Of a stretch of 64,000 nucleotides of DNA, positions 37,887 through 45,765 are shown piece by piece (positions within the stretch are counted from its first letter, which is position 1; each line of letters opens with the position of its first letter). The stretch is from Candidatus Velesiimonas alkalicola (GTDB lineage: Bacteria; Omnitrophota; Gorgyraeia; Velesiimonadales; Velesiimonadaceae): the NCBI GenBank assembly GCA_013626165.1, contig NDHX01000002.1:639-64638 (forward strand), read 5' to 3'. Under the pieces are notes generated by a model. The model did no database searches, was not told the origin of the DNA, and saw nothing but the letters and a program-made list of their open reading frames with translations. The position numbers were made by a program, and so were the translations under genes.

Positions 37887-39593
37887 ATGAAATGGATTAT
37901 ACAAGAACTTTCAAAAGATAGAGAACTTTTTTCCAGAAACTTACAAATATCTCCTCTGCTTGCACAAATCCTTCTTAATAGAAATATTAAAAGTCTGAAA
38001 TCTGCTGAAGAATTCTTATCCTGTAGATACTCGTCTTTTCATGCCCATGAAAAATTACTCGGTATAGAAAAAGCAAAAGAAAGAATAAGAACCGCTATTG
38101 CAAAAAAAGAAAAAATTATTGTCTACGGTGATTATGATGCAGATGGGATTACCGCAACCGCTCTTATTGTAAAATTTTTAAAAAGATTTAAAGTAAATGC
38201 AGGCTGGTATATACCTGACAGGATAGAAGAAGGATATGGGATATCAAGACAGTTTTTGAATAATATACTATCTTGCCAGGTAGAACAGGCAAAAGATATT
38301 TCACTTATTATAACCGTTGACTGTGGAATATCTGCAAAAGATGAGATAGGATTTTTACAATCAAAGGGAATAGATGTTATTGTAACCGATCATCATTGTA
38401 TCCCTAAAGATGGTATCCCTTCGGCATTTGCCTGTATAAACCCACATCAGTTGGATTGCTCTTATCCTGATGACAATCTTGCAGGTGTCGGGATTGCGTT
38501 TAAACTAATACAATCTTTGCAGGATAACAGAGTTCTTGAGGAATTTTTTGATATTGTATGCATAGGAACAGTTGCCGATGTTGTTCCGCTTATTGGTGAG
38601 AATAGAATATTTGTAAAACACGGTTTAAGAAAACTTCAATATACAAATGACTATGGAATATCTGCTCTTATTAACACAAGCGGTCTTACAGGCAGGACAT
38701 TACGCTCTGAGCATATTGCATTTATATTGGGACCGAGAATAAATGCGGTAGGAAGATTGGGCGATCCAAACAAGGCAATGCAACTTTTGCTCTCGGAAGA
38801 TAGGAAGACTGCTTTTGAGATTGCAAGGATATTAGAAGATGCAAACAGGGAAAGAAAAAGACAGGAGGACCGTATTCTACGGGAGGTGCAGGGAAGAATT
38901 GAACAAGAAATAGATTTGAGAAATACATATGCATTAGTTATAGAGGGCAGCGGATGGTCAACAGGAATAATTGGTATTGTTGCATCAAGGATTGTGGATA
39001 TTTATTCAAGGCCCTGTGTAATTGTATGCAGTGATGAGAAAGAAATATGGAAAGGTTCTGGAAGGTCAATTGAAAAGTTTAATCTTATAGAAGGCTTGAA
39101 CCAGTGTTCAGATGTTCTTGAGAAATATGGCGGACACACCTTCGCTGCTGGCATTGCCATAAAGAAGGATAACCTTGCAAGATTTAAATCAAAATTAAAC
39201 ACAGCAGCATCTGATATCTTAAAACTGGAAGATTTAAGAGAAAATATAAATGTTGATGCGTCCATTGAACTAAAAGATATTACACCCGACTTTTTAGAAG
39301 AAATGGAAAAGATTGAACCTTTCGGACAGGGCAATCCTAAACCGATATTTGTTGCAAGGAACCTGAAAGTAAAAGCATCCTCTCTTACAAAGGATGGAAA
39401 AACTATTGTCTGGCTTACAGATGGAAATGTGGTATATCAGGGAACGATAAAAAAAAGACTACAAAATATAAAACATTATGTTTCAACACCTGTAAGTGTG
39501 GACATTGCTTTTGGTGCATCTTTAACATATATTGAAAATATGGCTTCCGTAAAAATTGATATAATAGACCTTAAAATATCCTCTGTGTTTTAG
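37887..39593 (+). CDS. recJ: single-stranded-DNA-specific exonuclease RecJ
   Basis: DHH motifs (GDYDADGIT, DHH at VTDHH), DHHA1 domain and C-terminal OB fold. Confidence 0.9.
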   Translation: MKWIIQELSKDRELFSRNLQISPLLAQILLNRNIKSLKSAEEFLSCRYSSFHAHEKLLGIEKAKERIRTAIAKKEKIIVYGDYDADGITATALIVKFLKRFKVNAGWYIPDRIEEGYGISRQFLNNILSCQVEQAKDISLIITVDCGISAKDEIGFLQSKGIDVIVTDHHCIPKDGIPSAFACINPHQLDCSYPDDNLAGVGIAFKLIQSLQDNRVLEEFFDIVCIGTVADVVPLIGENRIFVKHGLRKLQYTNDYGISALINTSGLTGRTLRSEHIAFILGPRINAVGRLGDPNKAMQLLLSEDRKTAFEIARILEDANRERKRQEDRILREVQGRIEQEIDLRNTYALVIEGSGWSTGIIGIVASRIVDIYSRPCVIVCSDEKEIWKGSGRSIEKFNLIEGLNQCSDVLEKYGGHTFAAGIAIKKDNLARFKSKLNTAASDILKLEDLRENINVDASIELKDITPDFLEEMEKIEPFGQGNPKPIFVARNLKVKASSLTKDGKTIVWLTDGNVVYQGTIKKRLQNIKHYVSTPVSVDIAFGASLTYIENMASVKIDIIDLKISSVF

Positions 39594-39806
39594 AGCCCGT
39601 GAGCACAATCCCCATAGAACAGGTGACTGGTGAGAAGGTGACAGATAATAAACAACAGGTAACTGGCGACAGGCGACAGGCATAAGAGGTAGGAGGTAGG
39701 GGAAAACACCCTCCTCACCCAGAGGGTGCCAGAAAGGATGGGTGGGCGGGTTATATTCTGAATTTATTTGGGGTTTGCACCTTCGGGTACCCTCTGGGTG
39801 GGGCGG
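39594..39806. repeat. composite block of short repeats (families 2 and 5 plus nested palindromes) between convergent recJ and rpmB
   Basis: tagagcccgtgagcacaat (also at 40411); caggtgactggtg / caggtaactggcgacagg (also at 16146 and, inverted, at 59030-59077); caccctcctcacccagagggtg palindrome; cttcgggtaccctctgggtg (inverted copy at 59078-59097). Confidence 0.7.
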
Positions 39807-40073
39807 CTATACAACAGACTTTTTAATCTCTTGTTTTTGTCTTGGTATTGGTTTTTCTACTTTTCCTGCCTTCAGACATTTTGAGCAAACATACTTCCAT
39901 TTTATTGAAGAGCCTTCACGAACCCTTATTTTCCTTACATTTGGTAAAAAAACCCTTTTTGTTACTCTTACAATTCTCCTACCCACCCCACCTTTTTTCT
40001 TTGCCATACCCTTTCTTACTATATTTCTTCCTGCCATCGGCCCTTTGCCACAAATACTGCATATCCTTGACAT
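39807..40073 (-). CDS. rpmB: 50S ribosomal protein L28
   Basis: MSRICSICGKGPMAGRN...KRVFLPNV matches the bL28 N-terminal consensus. Confidence 0.8.
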   Translation of the reverse strand: MSRICSICGKGPMAGRNIVRKGMAKKKGGVGRRIVRVTKRVFLPNVRKIRVREGSSIKWKYVCSKCLKAGKVEKPIPRQKQEIKKSVV

Positions 40074-40198
40074 ATTTTTCTCCTATTTTTAATACATTAG
40101 TTATAAAAAATTTTAAAATACGGTTTTTCCTTGTTGCATATTTTTTAATATTCTATCTTAAAAATATTTTATAAGCAAGAAAAATTGTTTTTTAATTG

Positions 40199-40322
40199 CT
40201 AAGATATATAATACAGTGGATAGTATCCCTGGATTTTCTTAAAAGCAGGAAATATTAAAAGTGCAAGCACAACAATAAGCGCTAATAATTTCAATAAGTG
40301 TAAATCCATTTTTGATTTTCAT
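40199..40322 (-). pseudogene. mini prepilin-like gene with an internal +1 frameshift (type IV pilin N-terminal domain only)
   Basis: Minus strand: RBS ggagg, then ATG AAA ATC AAA AAT GGA TTT ACA CTT ATT GAA ATT ATT = MKIKNGFTLIEII, the class III signal (G|FTLIE). The hydrophobic helix ALIVVLALLIFPAFKKIQGYYPLYYIS continues only in the +1 frame. The in-frame reading stops after 27 codons. Confidence 0.4.
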
Positions 40323-40630
40323 ATTGCCTCCTTGCTTAAAATACACTATAATTTAGATAAATACAGATTATCGTAAGGTCTGTGTGATGAGTTTTTCTCA
40401 TAAGACCCTATTTAGAGCCTGTGAGCATAACTGCTTTACCCAAATGGCGCCCTAAGTAGAAACCAAAGGTGTGCAACCTCATGGGATTATCTTCAGGCTT
40501 TTTTTAACAACCCCCGAAAAGTGTGTCACAAGGTATTAAAAATATGCCACTGAATTTATTAAAAAAGGCACACATTAGACATAAAAACAAGTTTTTTTTG
40601 TGAAAGAACAACTTATTGAAAGGAGGAACA

Positions 40631-41374
40631 ATGGCACCTAAAATTGGCGTTCAATTGTATAGTGTCCGAGAACAATCTGCAAATGACTATGAAGGAACCA
40701 TCAGGAAAATCGTTGAGATGGGGTACCGTTATGTTGAACCCGCAGGTTATCCGGGATCAACGATTGCGGAAGCCGCAAAGATTTTCCAAAGATATGGACT
40801 TCAGGCATTAAGCTGCCACGGCAAATTGCCGATAGGGAAAGACAAAAACCAGGCTATTGAAGAGGCTCAGATAATTGGGGCAAAATATATTATTAGTGGT
40901 TGCTGTCCTGAAGACTTTAAAACTGTTGATAAAATCAGGGCGGTGGCCGATATCTGGACAAAAGCCAGTGCCAATGCCACAGAACACGGCATTCAGGTGG
41001 GCTACCATAATCACGATTGGGAAATGTTTGATGTTGACGGCCGACCTGGTTATCAGATTTTAATGAACAATACCCCAGAAGAAGTTTTAATGCAGGTTGA
41101 TACCTACTGGGTATTTGTTGGAGGCAAGAAACCCGTTGATATAATTAAAGAAGTTGGGCCTCGGGGTAAGGTCCTACACATTAAAGACGGCCCGGGGGAT
41201 AAGACATCAGCAATGCAACCACTCGGAACCGGAAAAATGGATTTCCCGCCTATTCTCGAAGTTGCTGACTACGCCGAACTGTTGATTGTAGAGCTTGACA
41301 GTTGCGACATTGATATGATGGAAGCATTGAAACAGAGTTATGATTATCTATTAGGAATAGGTACACCCTGTTAG
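40631..41374 (+). CDS. sugar phosphate isomerase/epimerase (xylose-isomerase-like TIM barrel)
   Basis: MAPKIGVQLYSVRE start typical of the family. RBS aggagga. Moderately GC-enriched. Confidence 0.7.
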   Translation: MAPKIGVQLYSVREQSANDYEGTIRKIVEMGYRYVEPAGYPGSTIAEAAKIFQRYGLQALSCHGKLPIGKDKNQAIEEAQIIGAKYIISGCCPEDFKTVDKIRAVADIWTKASANATEHGIQVGYHNHDWEMFDVDGRPGYQILMNNTPEEVLMQVDTYWVFVGGKKPVDIIKEVGPRGKVLHIKDGPGDKTSAMQPLGTGKMDFPPILEVADYAELLIVELDSCDIDMMEALKQSYDYLLGIGTPC

Positions 41375-41437
41375 AAGTAAAAAACCTCTAAATGGGGATA
41401 ATATGTCTCATATGTGTATAACTTATACATTCTTTAC

Positions 41438-41482
41438 TTGATTTTCACACTCTATCCTGTGTATAATAATATTGTGTATAAT
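41438..41482 (+). promoter_or_regulatory. tandem extended -10 promoters for tRNA-Val (TTGATT-18nt-TGTGTATAAT, then a second TGTGTATAAT)
   Basis: Two copies of tgtgtataat at 41458-41467 and 41473-41482, the second ending ~6 nt before tRNA position 1. Confidence 0.5.
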
Positions 41483-41488
41483 TGCAGG

Positions 41489-41562
41489 GGGCGGTTAGCT
41501 CAGCTGGTTAGAGCGTTGCGCTCACATCGCAAAGGTCACTGGTTCAAGTCCGGTACCGCCCA
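41489..41562 (+). tRNA. tRNA-Val (CAC)
   Basis: Acceptor GGGCGGU/ACCGCCC, D-arm TAGCTCAGCTGGTTAGAGC, anticodon loop CUCACAU. CCA not encoded. Confidence 0.9.
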
Positions 41563-41591
41563 CTATTAAAGAGATGGCAGGAAAACTCTAA

Positions 41592-42293
41592 ATGGAGCTA
41601 AAACAAATAATTGCGGCCTTATTGCAATTACAAGAATTTGATATTAAAATAGATTCCATGCAAAAAATGGTTTTAGAATTGACAAATAGGTTGCAAAATC
41701 AAAAACAGGAGGCTGAAAAAGAAAAACACGTCTGTCTGCAAATTGAACAGGAACTTAGACAGATAACCATCCAATCCAAACAAGAAGAAGGGGAGATGGA
41801 AAACAAAAATGAATTAATAAAAAAATATCAGCAGCAATTAAGCCAGGTAAAAACAAATAAAGAATATGCAATATTGCAGCAGCAGATATCAGGGTTTAAA
41901 GCGGATTATTCTTTAATAGAAGAAAAGGTATTAAAAATATTTTATGACATTGACAACATCAATAAAAAATTAAAAGAAGAGAAAATAATATTAGACGAAA
42001 AAATAAAACACTTTCAGGAACAAGAAGATTTGGCACAAAAAAAGATAAATGCTCTTAAAAATAATATTCTACGAATAGAATCTGAAAAAGAGGAAAAAGG
42101 TAAAAGTATTCCACGAGAGATATTTTTAGCATATAAAAAAATTTCAGCAAACATAGGAACAGCCGTTGTTCAGCTTATCGGAAATACCTGCAAGGGATGT
42201 TCAATGGATATTCCTGTTCAGACCAGTATTGACATAAAAATAAGCAATAAAATATGTTTTTGTCCAAACTGTTCTCGTATAATATATGCGTAA
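41592..42293 (+). CDS. coiled-coil protein with C-terminal C4 zinc ribbon (COG1579-like; the family commonly found next to rnpB)
   Basis: Long coiled-coil followed by CKGCSMDIP...CPNCSRI. Confidence 0.65.
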   Translation: MELKQIIAALLQLQEFDIKIDSMQKMVLELTNRLQNQKQEAEKEKHVCLQIEQELRQITIQSKQEEGEMENKNELIKKYQQQLSQVKTNKEYAILQQQISGFKADYSLIEEKVLKIFYDIDNINKKLKEEKIILDEKIKHFQEQEDLAQKKINALKNNILRIESEKEEKGKSIPREIFLAYKKISANIGTAVVQLIGNTCKGCSMDIPVQTSIDIKISNKICFCPNCSRIIYA

Positions 42294-42319
42294 AAATCAA
42301 AAAATTTGATTTCAAATAA

Positions 42320-42674
42320 GGGGGTTGGTTAAATAGCCGCTCCGACTTGAGAAAGTTGGGGAGGAAAGTCCGGACTCCATAGGGCAGTGTACCCTAAGAA
42401 ATTAGGGCTGTCTATTCCAACTGATTGAATGCCGGGATAGATAAGGATTAGAGCCACAGAGACTACAACTCATCCCCAATATGGGGAAAGAGGGTGAAAA
42501 GAGGCAATCTCTACACGGAGCAAGACCGAATAGGGGATATCAAGGCGAGCCCGCCGTTATTCACGATTGTTTTTAGTCAGGTAGATATTCCGGGTTGGTT
42601 GCATGAACCCAGTGGTAACATTGGGACAAGATGAATGGCTATGAGATACAGAATCCGGCTTATAAAACAACCCC
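42320..42674 (+). ncRNA. rnpB: RNase P RNA (bacterial type A)
   Basis: P4 consensus GGAGGAAAGUCCGGACUCC at 42358-, conserved ACAGAAUCCGGCUUAUAA near the 3' end, P1 pairing gggguugg / caacccc, then a U-tract. Confidence 0.85.
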
Positions 42675-42689
42675 TTTTTTAAAAAAATT

Positions 42690-43055
42690 ATGGAAATGCC
42701 GAATAGACTGGTTATTGCAATTGTTCAGGATGTTGATACAGACGATCTTTCTTACGCATTTCGTGAGAAGTCCATCCCTGCAACAAAAATATCATCAACA
42801 GGAGGATTTCTTTCTGAAGGGAATACTACATTTTTAGTTGCTATCCATGACGAAGAACTAAATAATGTATTAGAAATAATCAGAACCAGTTGTAAACCAA
42901 GAACAAAAATTGTCAACACACAATCGTTAGAAGCACCCATTTTCCCACCCATAACAGGCATAGCATATCCTTTGAAAGTTCAAATAGGTGGTGCGACTGT
43001 AATTGTTATTCCAATCTTAAAGTTTGAGAATTTGCCTGCCCAACAGACAAGTTGA
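42690..43055 (+). CDS. darA: PII-like cyclic-di-AMP receptor DarA/PstA (DUF970)
   Basis: VIAIVQDVDTDDL...TKISSTGGFLSEGNTTFLVAI...GGATVIVIPI closely parallels B. subtilis DarA. Confidence 0.75.
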   Translation: MEMPNRLVIAIVQDVDTDDLSYAFREKSIPATKISSTGGFLSEGNTTFLVAIHDEELNNVLEIIRTSCKPRTKIVNTQSLEAPIFPPITGIAYPLKVQIGGATVIVIPILKFENLPAQQTS

Positions 43056-43384
43056 GGGCAGGTGGGGATTGGATAGATAGAAAGTAAAATAGGCCCTGTT
43101 AGAAGCGGGGTTTTTAACGGGGTAAGATTTCAGGTTAACCCGGGATTGTTGGTAGTTGTGCTGGATTAACATAATATATATTATAGGACATTAAACAAAG
43201 GGTTAATCTGACGAGATTTAAAATTAAAACAAGGATTAGTTCGTGAATTTGTTTTTTTACAATATAACGATTGGATAGTCTTTTTTTCTGTTGATTGCTA
43301 ACTGGCAAAGCAGTACCATTCATAGATCTGTTTATATCAACCAATCTTTGCTTCTTTCCATATCCTTGTTCTTTTTTAATATTT

Positions 43385-43801
43385 TTATTCGCCGATTATT
43401 TTAATCAGAACTCTTTTTCGCCTTTTGCCATCAAACTCACCATAAAAGATTTGTTCCCATTGGCCAATGTCAAGATTGCCGTTTGTTACTGCAACCACAA
43501 CCTCACGTCCCATTATTGTCCTTTTCATGTGCGAGTCTGCATTATCTTCACCGGTTTTATTGTGTCTGTAAAAATTTTTTTCGTAAGGTGCAAGTTTTTC
43601 AAGCCAGATTTTAAAGTCTTTATGAAGCCCTTCCTCATCATCGTTGATAAAAACAGCCGCTGTAATGTGCATTGCATTTACAAGGCATAATCCTTCTTTT
43701 ATATTGCTTTTAACAACAGTTGATGTAACCTCGTCCGTAATGTTAATAAATTCTTGTCTGTTTTTTGTTTGAAACCATATTTCTTGTCTATAAGATTTCA
43801 T
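43385..43801 (-). CDS. YjbQ/UPF0047 family protein (secondary thiamine-phosphate synthase-like)
   Basis: 138 aa with the conserved [12 protein letters not shown] and [12 protein letters not shown] motifs. Confidence 0.75.
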   Translation of the reverse strand: MKSYRQEIWFQTKNRQEFINITDEVTSTVVKSNIKEGLCLVNAMHITAAVFINDDEEGLHKDFKIWLEKLAPYEKNFYRHNKTGEDNADSHMKRTIMGREVVVAVTNGNLDIGQWEQIFYGEFDGKRRKRVLIKIIGE

Positions 43802-44565
43802 TCCTGCCTGCCATATGTGGAGGTTCGGGTGTCAGTATCAAAATTAAAATCCATTTCTTTATAGTATTTTATACCCTTAATTGAATCTTTTATTTTTGCA
43901 ATACTTCCCTTCCCTTCTGAAATAATCCCTATACGAGTACTATCAGTGTATTCTAATTTTTTTAAAAATTCAATGATAGAAGTAATATCTTCAACTTTAT
44001 CTTCTCGGTATTGCGTTGTAACTGTAATAATATCTTCTTTTGCAAACAGAAATGAGTGTTTTATCCAAATCAAGTGCCTGTGGTCTGGTTGATTATCCTG
44101 TACAAGAATATATACCGGATATTGTTGATAGGGCTTAATATTGGGTTTTGTTAAAAATACTGGTCTACCTGTAGAGGTAAGAAATATACATTCATACATA
44201 TCAATTCCATATGAAGTCTTAACAAATTTTCTTACTGTTTTAATTACCTGTTCGTAGTCTTCTTTTTCAAATGCTTCTTTTATTTTGTTTCTATACAAAT
44301 TTATCTGTGAGAGGGGAAGTTTTTCTTCTTTTTTAACCTGTGAAACAATAAATCTACCTGCGTCTATAACTGTTTTAGTAATTGGATCCGGTGTTTTTAT
44401 TCTGCCTTTCCCATTTGCAAATAAGCAGGGAGCTAAAAAAAAGACAAATATTATACAATTAAACCAACGCCTTTTTCTCCGATAAAAATATTTTTCTGCA
44501 TTCAGAAAAAAATTGCTTATAATCTTGTGTTCTAAAATCAGGATATGTCCAGGGTAAATTTTCAT
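43798..44565 (-). CDS. hypothetical secreted protein
   Basis: N-terminal hydrophobic signal-like segment ([17 protein letters not shown]), no recognisable domain. Start uncertain because the first ATG overlaps the upstream gene by ~105 nt. Confidence 0.4.
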   Translation of the reverse strand: MKIYPGHILILEHKIISNFFLNAEKYFYRRKRRWFNCIIFVFFLAPCLFANGKGRIKTPDPITKTVIDAGRFIVSQVKKEEKLPLSQINLYRNKIKEAFEKEDYEQVIKTVRKFVKTSYGIDMYECIFLTSTGRPVFLTKPNIKPYQQYPVYILVQDNQPDHRHLIWIKHSFLFAKEDIITVTTQYREDKVEDITSIIEFLKKLEYTDSTRIGIISEGKGSIAKIKDSIKGIKYYKEMDFNFDTDTRTSTYGRQE

Positions 44566-44971
44566 ATTTGTTTTTATACCAGTATAGTGTAATTTCTGCA
44601 TAAATATTATAACCTATATATATTCTGTGTGAAGCAAATTTTGTGCTTGCAAGAACAACGGAACCTTCGTTTATATATCCTGGGTCAAGATTAACAATCC
44701 TTTTTCTCTGTTTTGATGTCTTTTTTTCTATTTCACCGCAGAGTAATTTAATTTTTGAAAGATTTTCTTCAGTGTGGATGCCTGTTATCAAAAAAATTTT
44801 TTTATAAAGAGGATTTTCCATTTCTTCTTTATAATAATCCGTAAAATTAAAATCAAAGGTTTTACTCTCTGTCTGTATCAATCTCCATGGATCAGGGAGT
44901 TTTTGAATAGAGGCCTGCATCATATCAGGATTTTTAGAAATTACACCTATAAAATATTTTACAGGTTTCAT
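44459..44971 (-). CDS. hypothetical protein, possibly DUF4416-like
   Basis: ~170 aa cytosolic protein. The assignment rests on general resemblance only. Confidence 0.35.
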   Translation of the reverse strand: MKPVKYFIGVISKNPDMMQASIQKLPDPWRLIQTESKTFDFNFTDYYKEEMENPLYKKIFLITGIHTEENLSKIKLLCGEIEKKTSKQRKRIVNLDPGYINEGSVVLASTKFASHRIYIGYNIYAEITLYWYKNKYENLPWTYPDFRTQDYKQFFSECRKIFLSEKKALV

Positions 44972-44974
44972 AAA

Positions 44975-45592
44975 TTAGATTTCTTTTAATCTATAAACAA
45001 TACCCTTATTATCTTGTTTTTTGTCTATTCCTACAACAAGATATGTTTTTCTATCAAATTTGACATTATTGCCGATTTCGGTTCCATTTATAATATTTGA
45101 AAAAACTAATCGAATCTCCCCCTCTTTACAAGGAACAATCTCTTTTATCAAAACAGGGTCTATCTCTACAATACCCTCTTCTTCAGATTTAATGCTTGCT
45201 GTTTCTACAAATTCTTGTAAGAGTGTTGTATACCCTTTACCTTTTTGTTCCTCTTCTTCTATCTCCTTAAACGCATTTGTAAGATCGGTCTTTCTTTTTT
45301 CTGTTTTTGACTCAAATATAAGAACAGTATTACCTACTTTTATCTGGTCTTCTGTGTATAATTCTGCTTCTGTTTTAACAATTTTTCCATTTAGATATGT
45401 CCCGTTTGTAGAACCAAGGTCTGTTATAAAGTAGCCTGTTTTTCTTGCTTCTATAACGCAATGCCCCTTTGATACCCCTTCGTCATGAATTATAATTTTA
45501 TTCGTTTCTATTCTTCCTATGGTAGTAATTTCCTCTTGTATTTTAAATACTATTCCTTCATCAGGACCGCTTTTAACTGTCAATTTTGCCAT
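44975..45592 (-). CDS. FHA-domain protein
   Basis: N-terminal FHA signature TIGR...N.IIIHDEGVSKGHCVIE...YFITDLGSTNGTYLNG. The C-terminal ~100 aa are unassigned. Confidence 0.7.
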   Translation of the reverse strand: MAKLTVKSGPDEGIVFKIQEEITTIGRIETNKIIIHDEGVSKGHCVIEARKTGYFITDLGSTNGTYLNGKIVKTEAELYTEDQIKVGNTVLIFESKTEKRKTDLTNAFKEIEEEEQKGKGYTTLLQEFVETASIKSEEEGIVEIDPVLIKEIVPCKEGEIRLVFSNIINGTEIGNNVKFDRKTYLVVGIDKKQDNKGIVYRLKEI

Positions 45593-45765
45593 ACCTCCCC
45601 CTAAAATGCAAAACAAAAAAGGAATATTAGAATGTTTGAGCCCTCTGTCTATCTACCTGAATAGTTATTTCTCAAAATATTTATTTTCAGGAGGTTTAAA
45701 CCTTAAAAACAGTATCTTCTAATTTTCCCATATTCTTTTTTATCTGACTTTTTATCATAATGTAT

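Noticed and set aside
42631-42837. 68-aa ORF overlapping the 3' end of rnpB
   Set aside because: It lies inside the RNase P RNA and the real darA start, with no RBS logic. Spurious.
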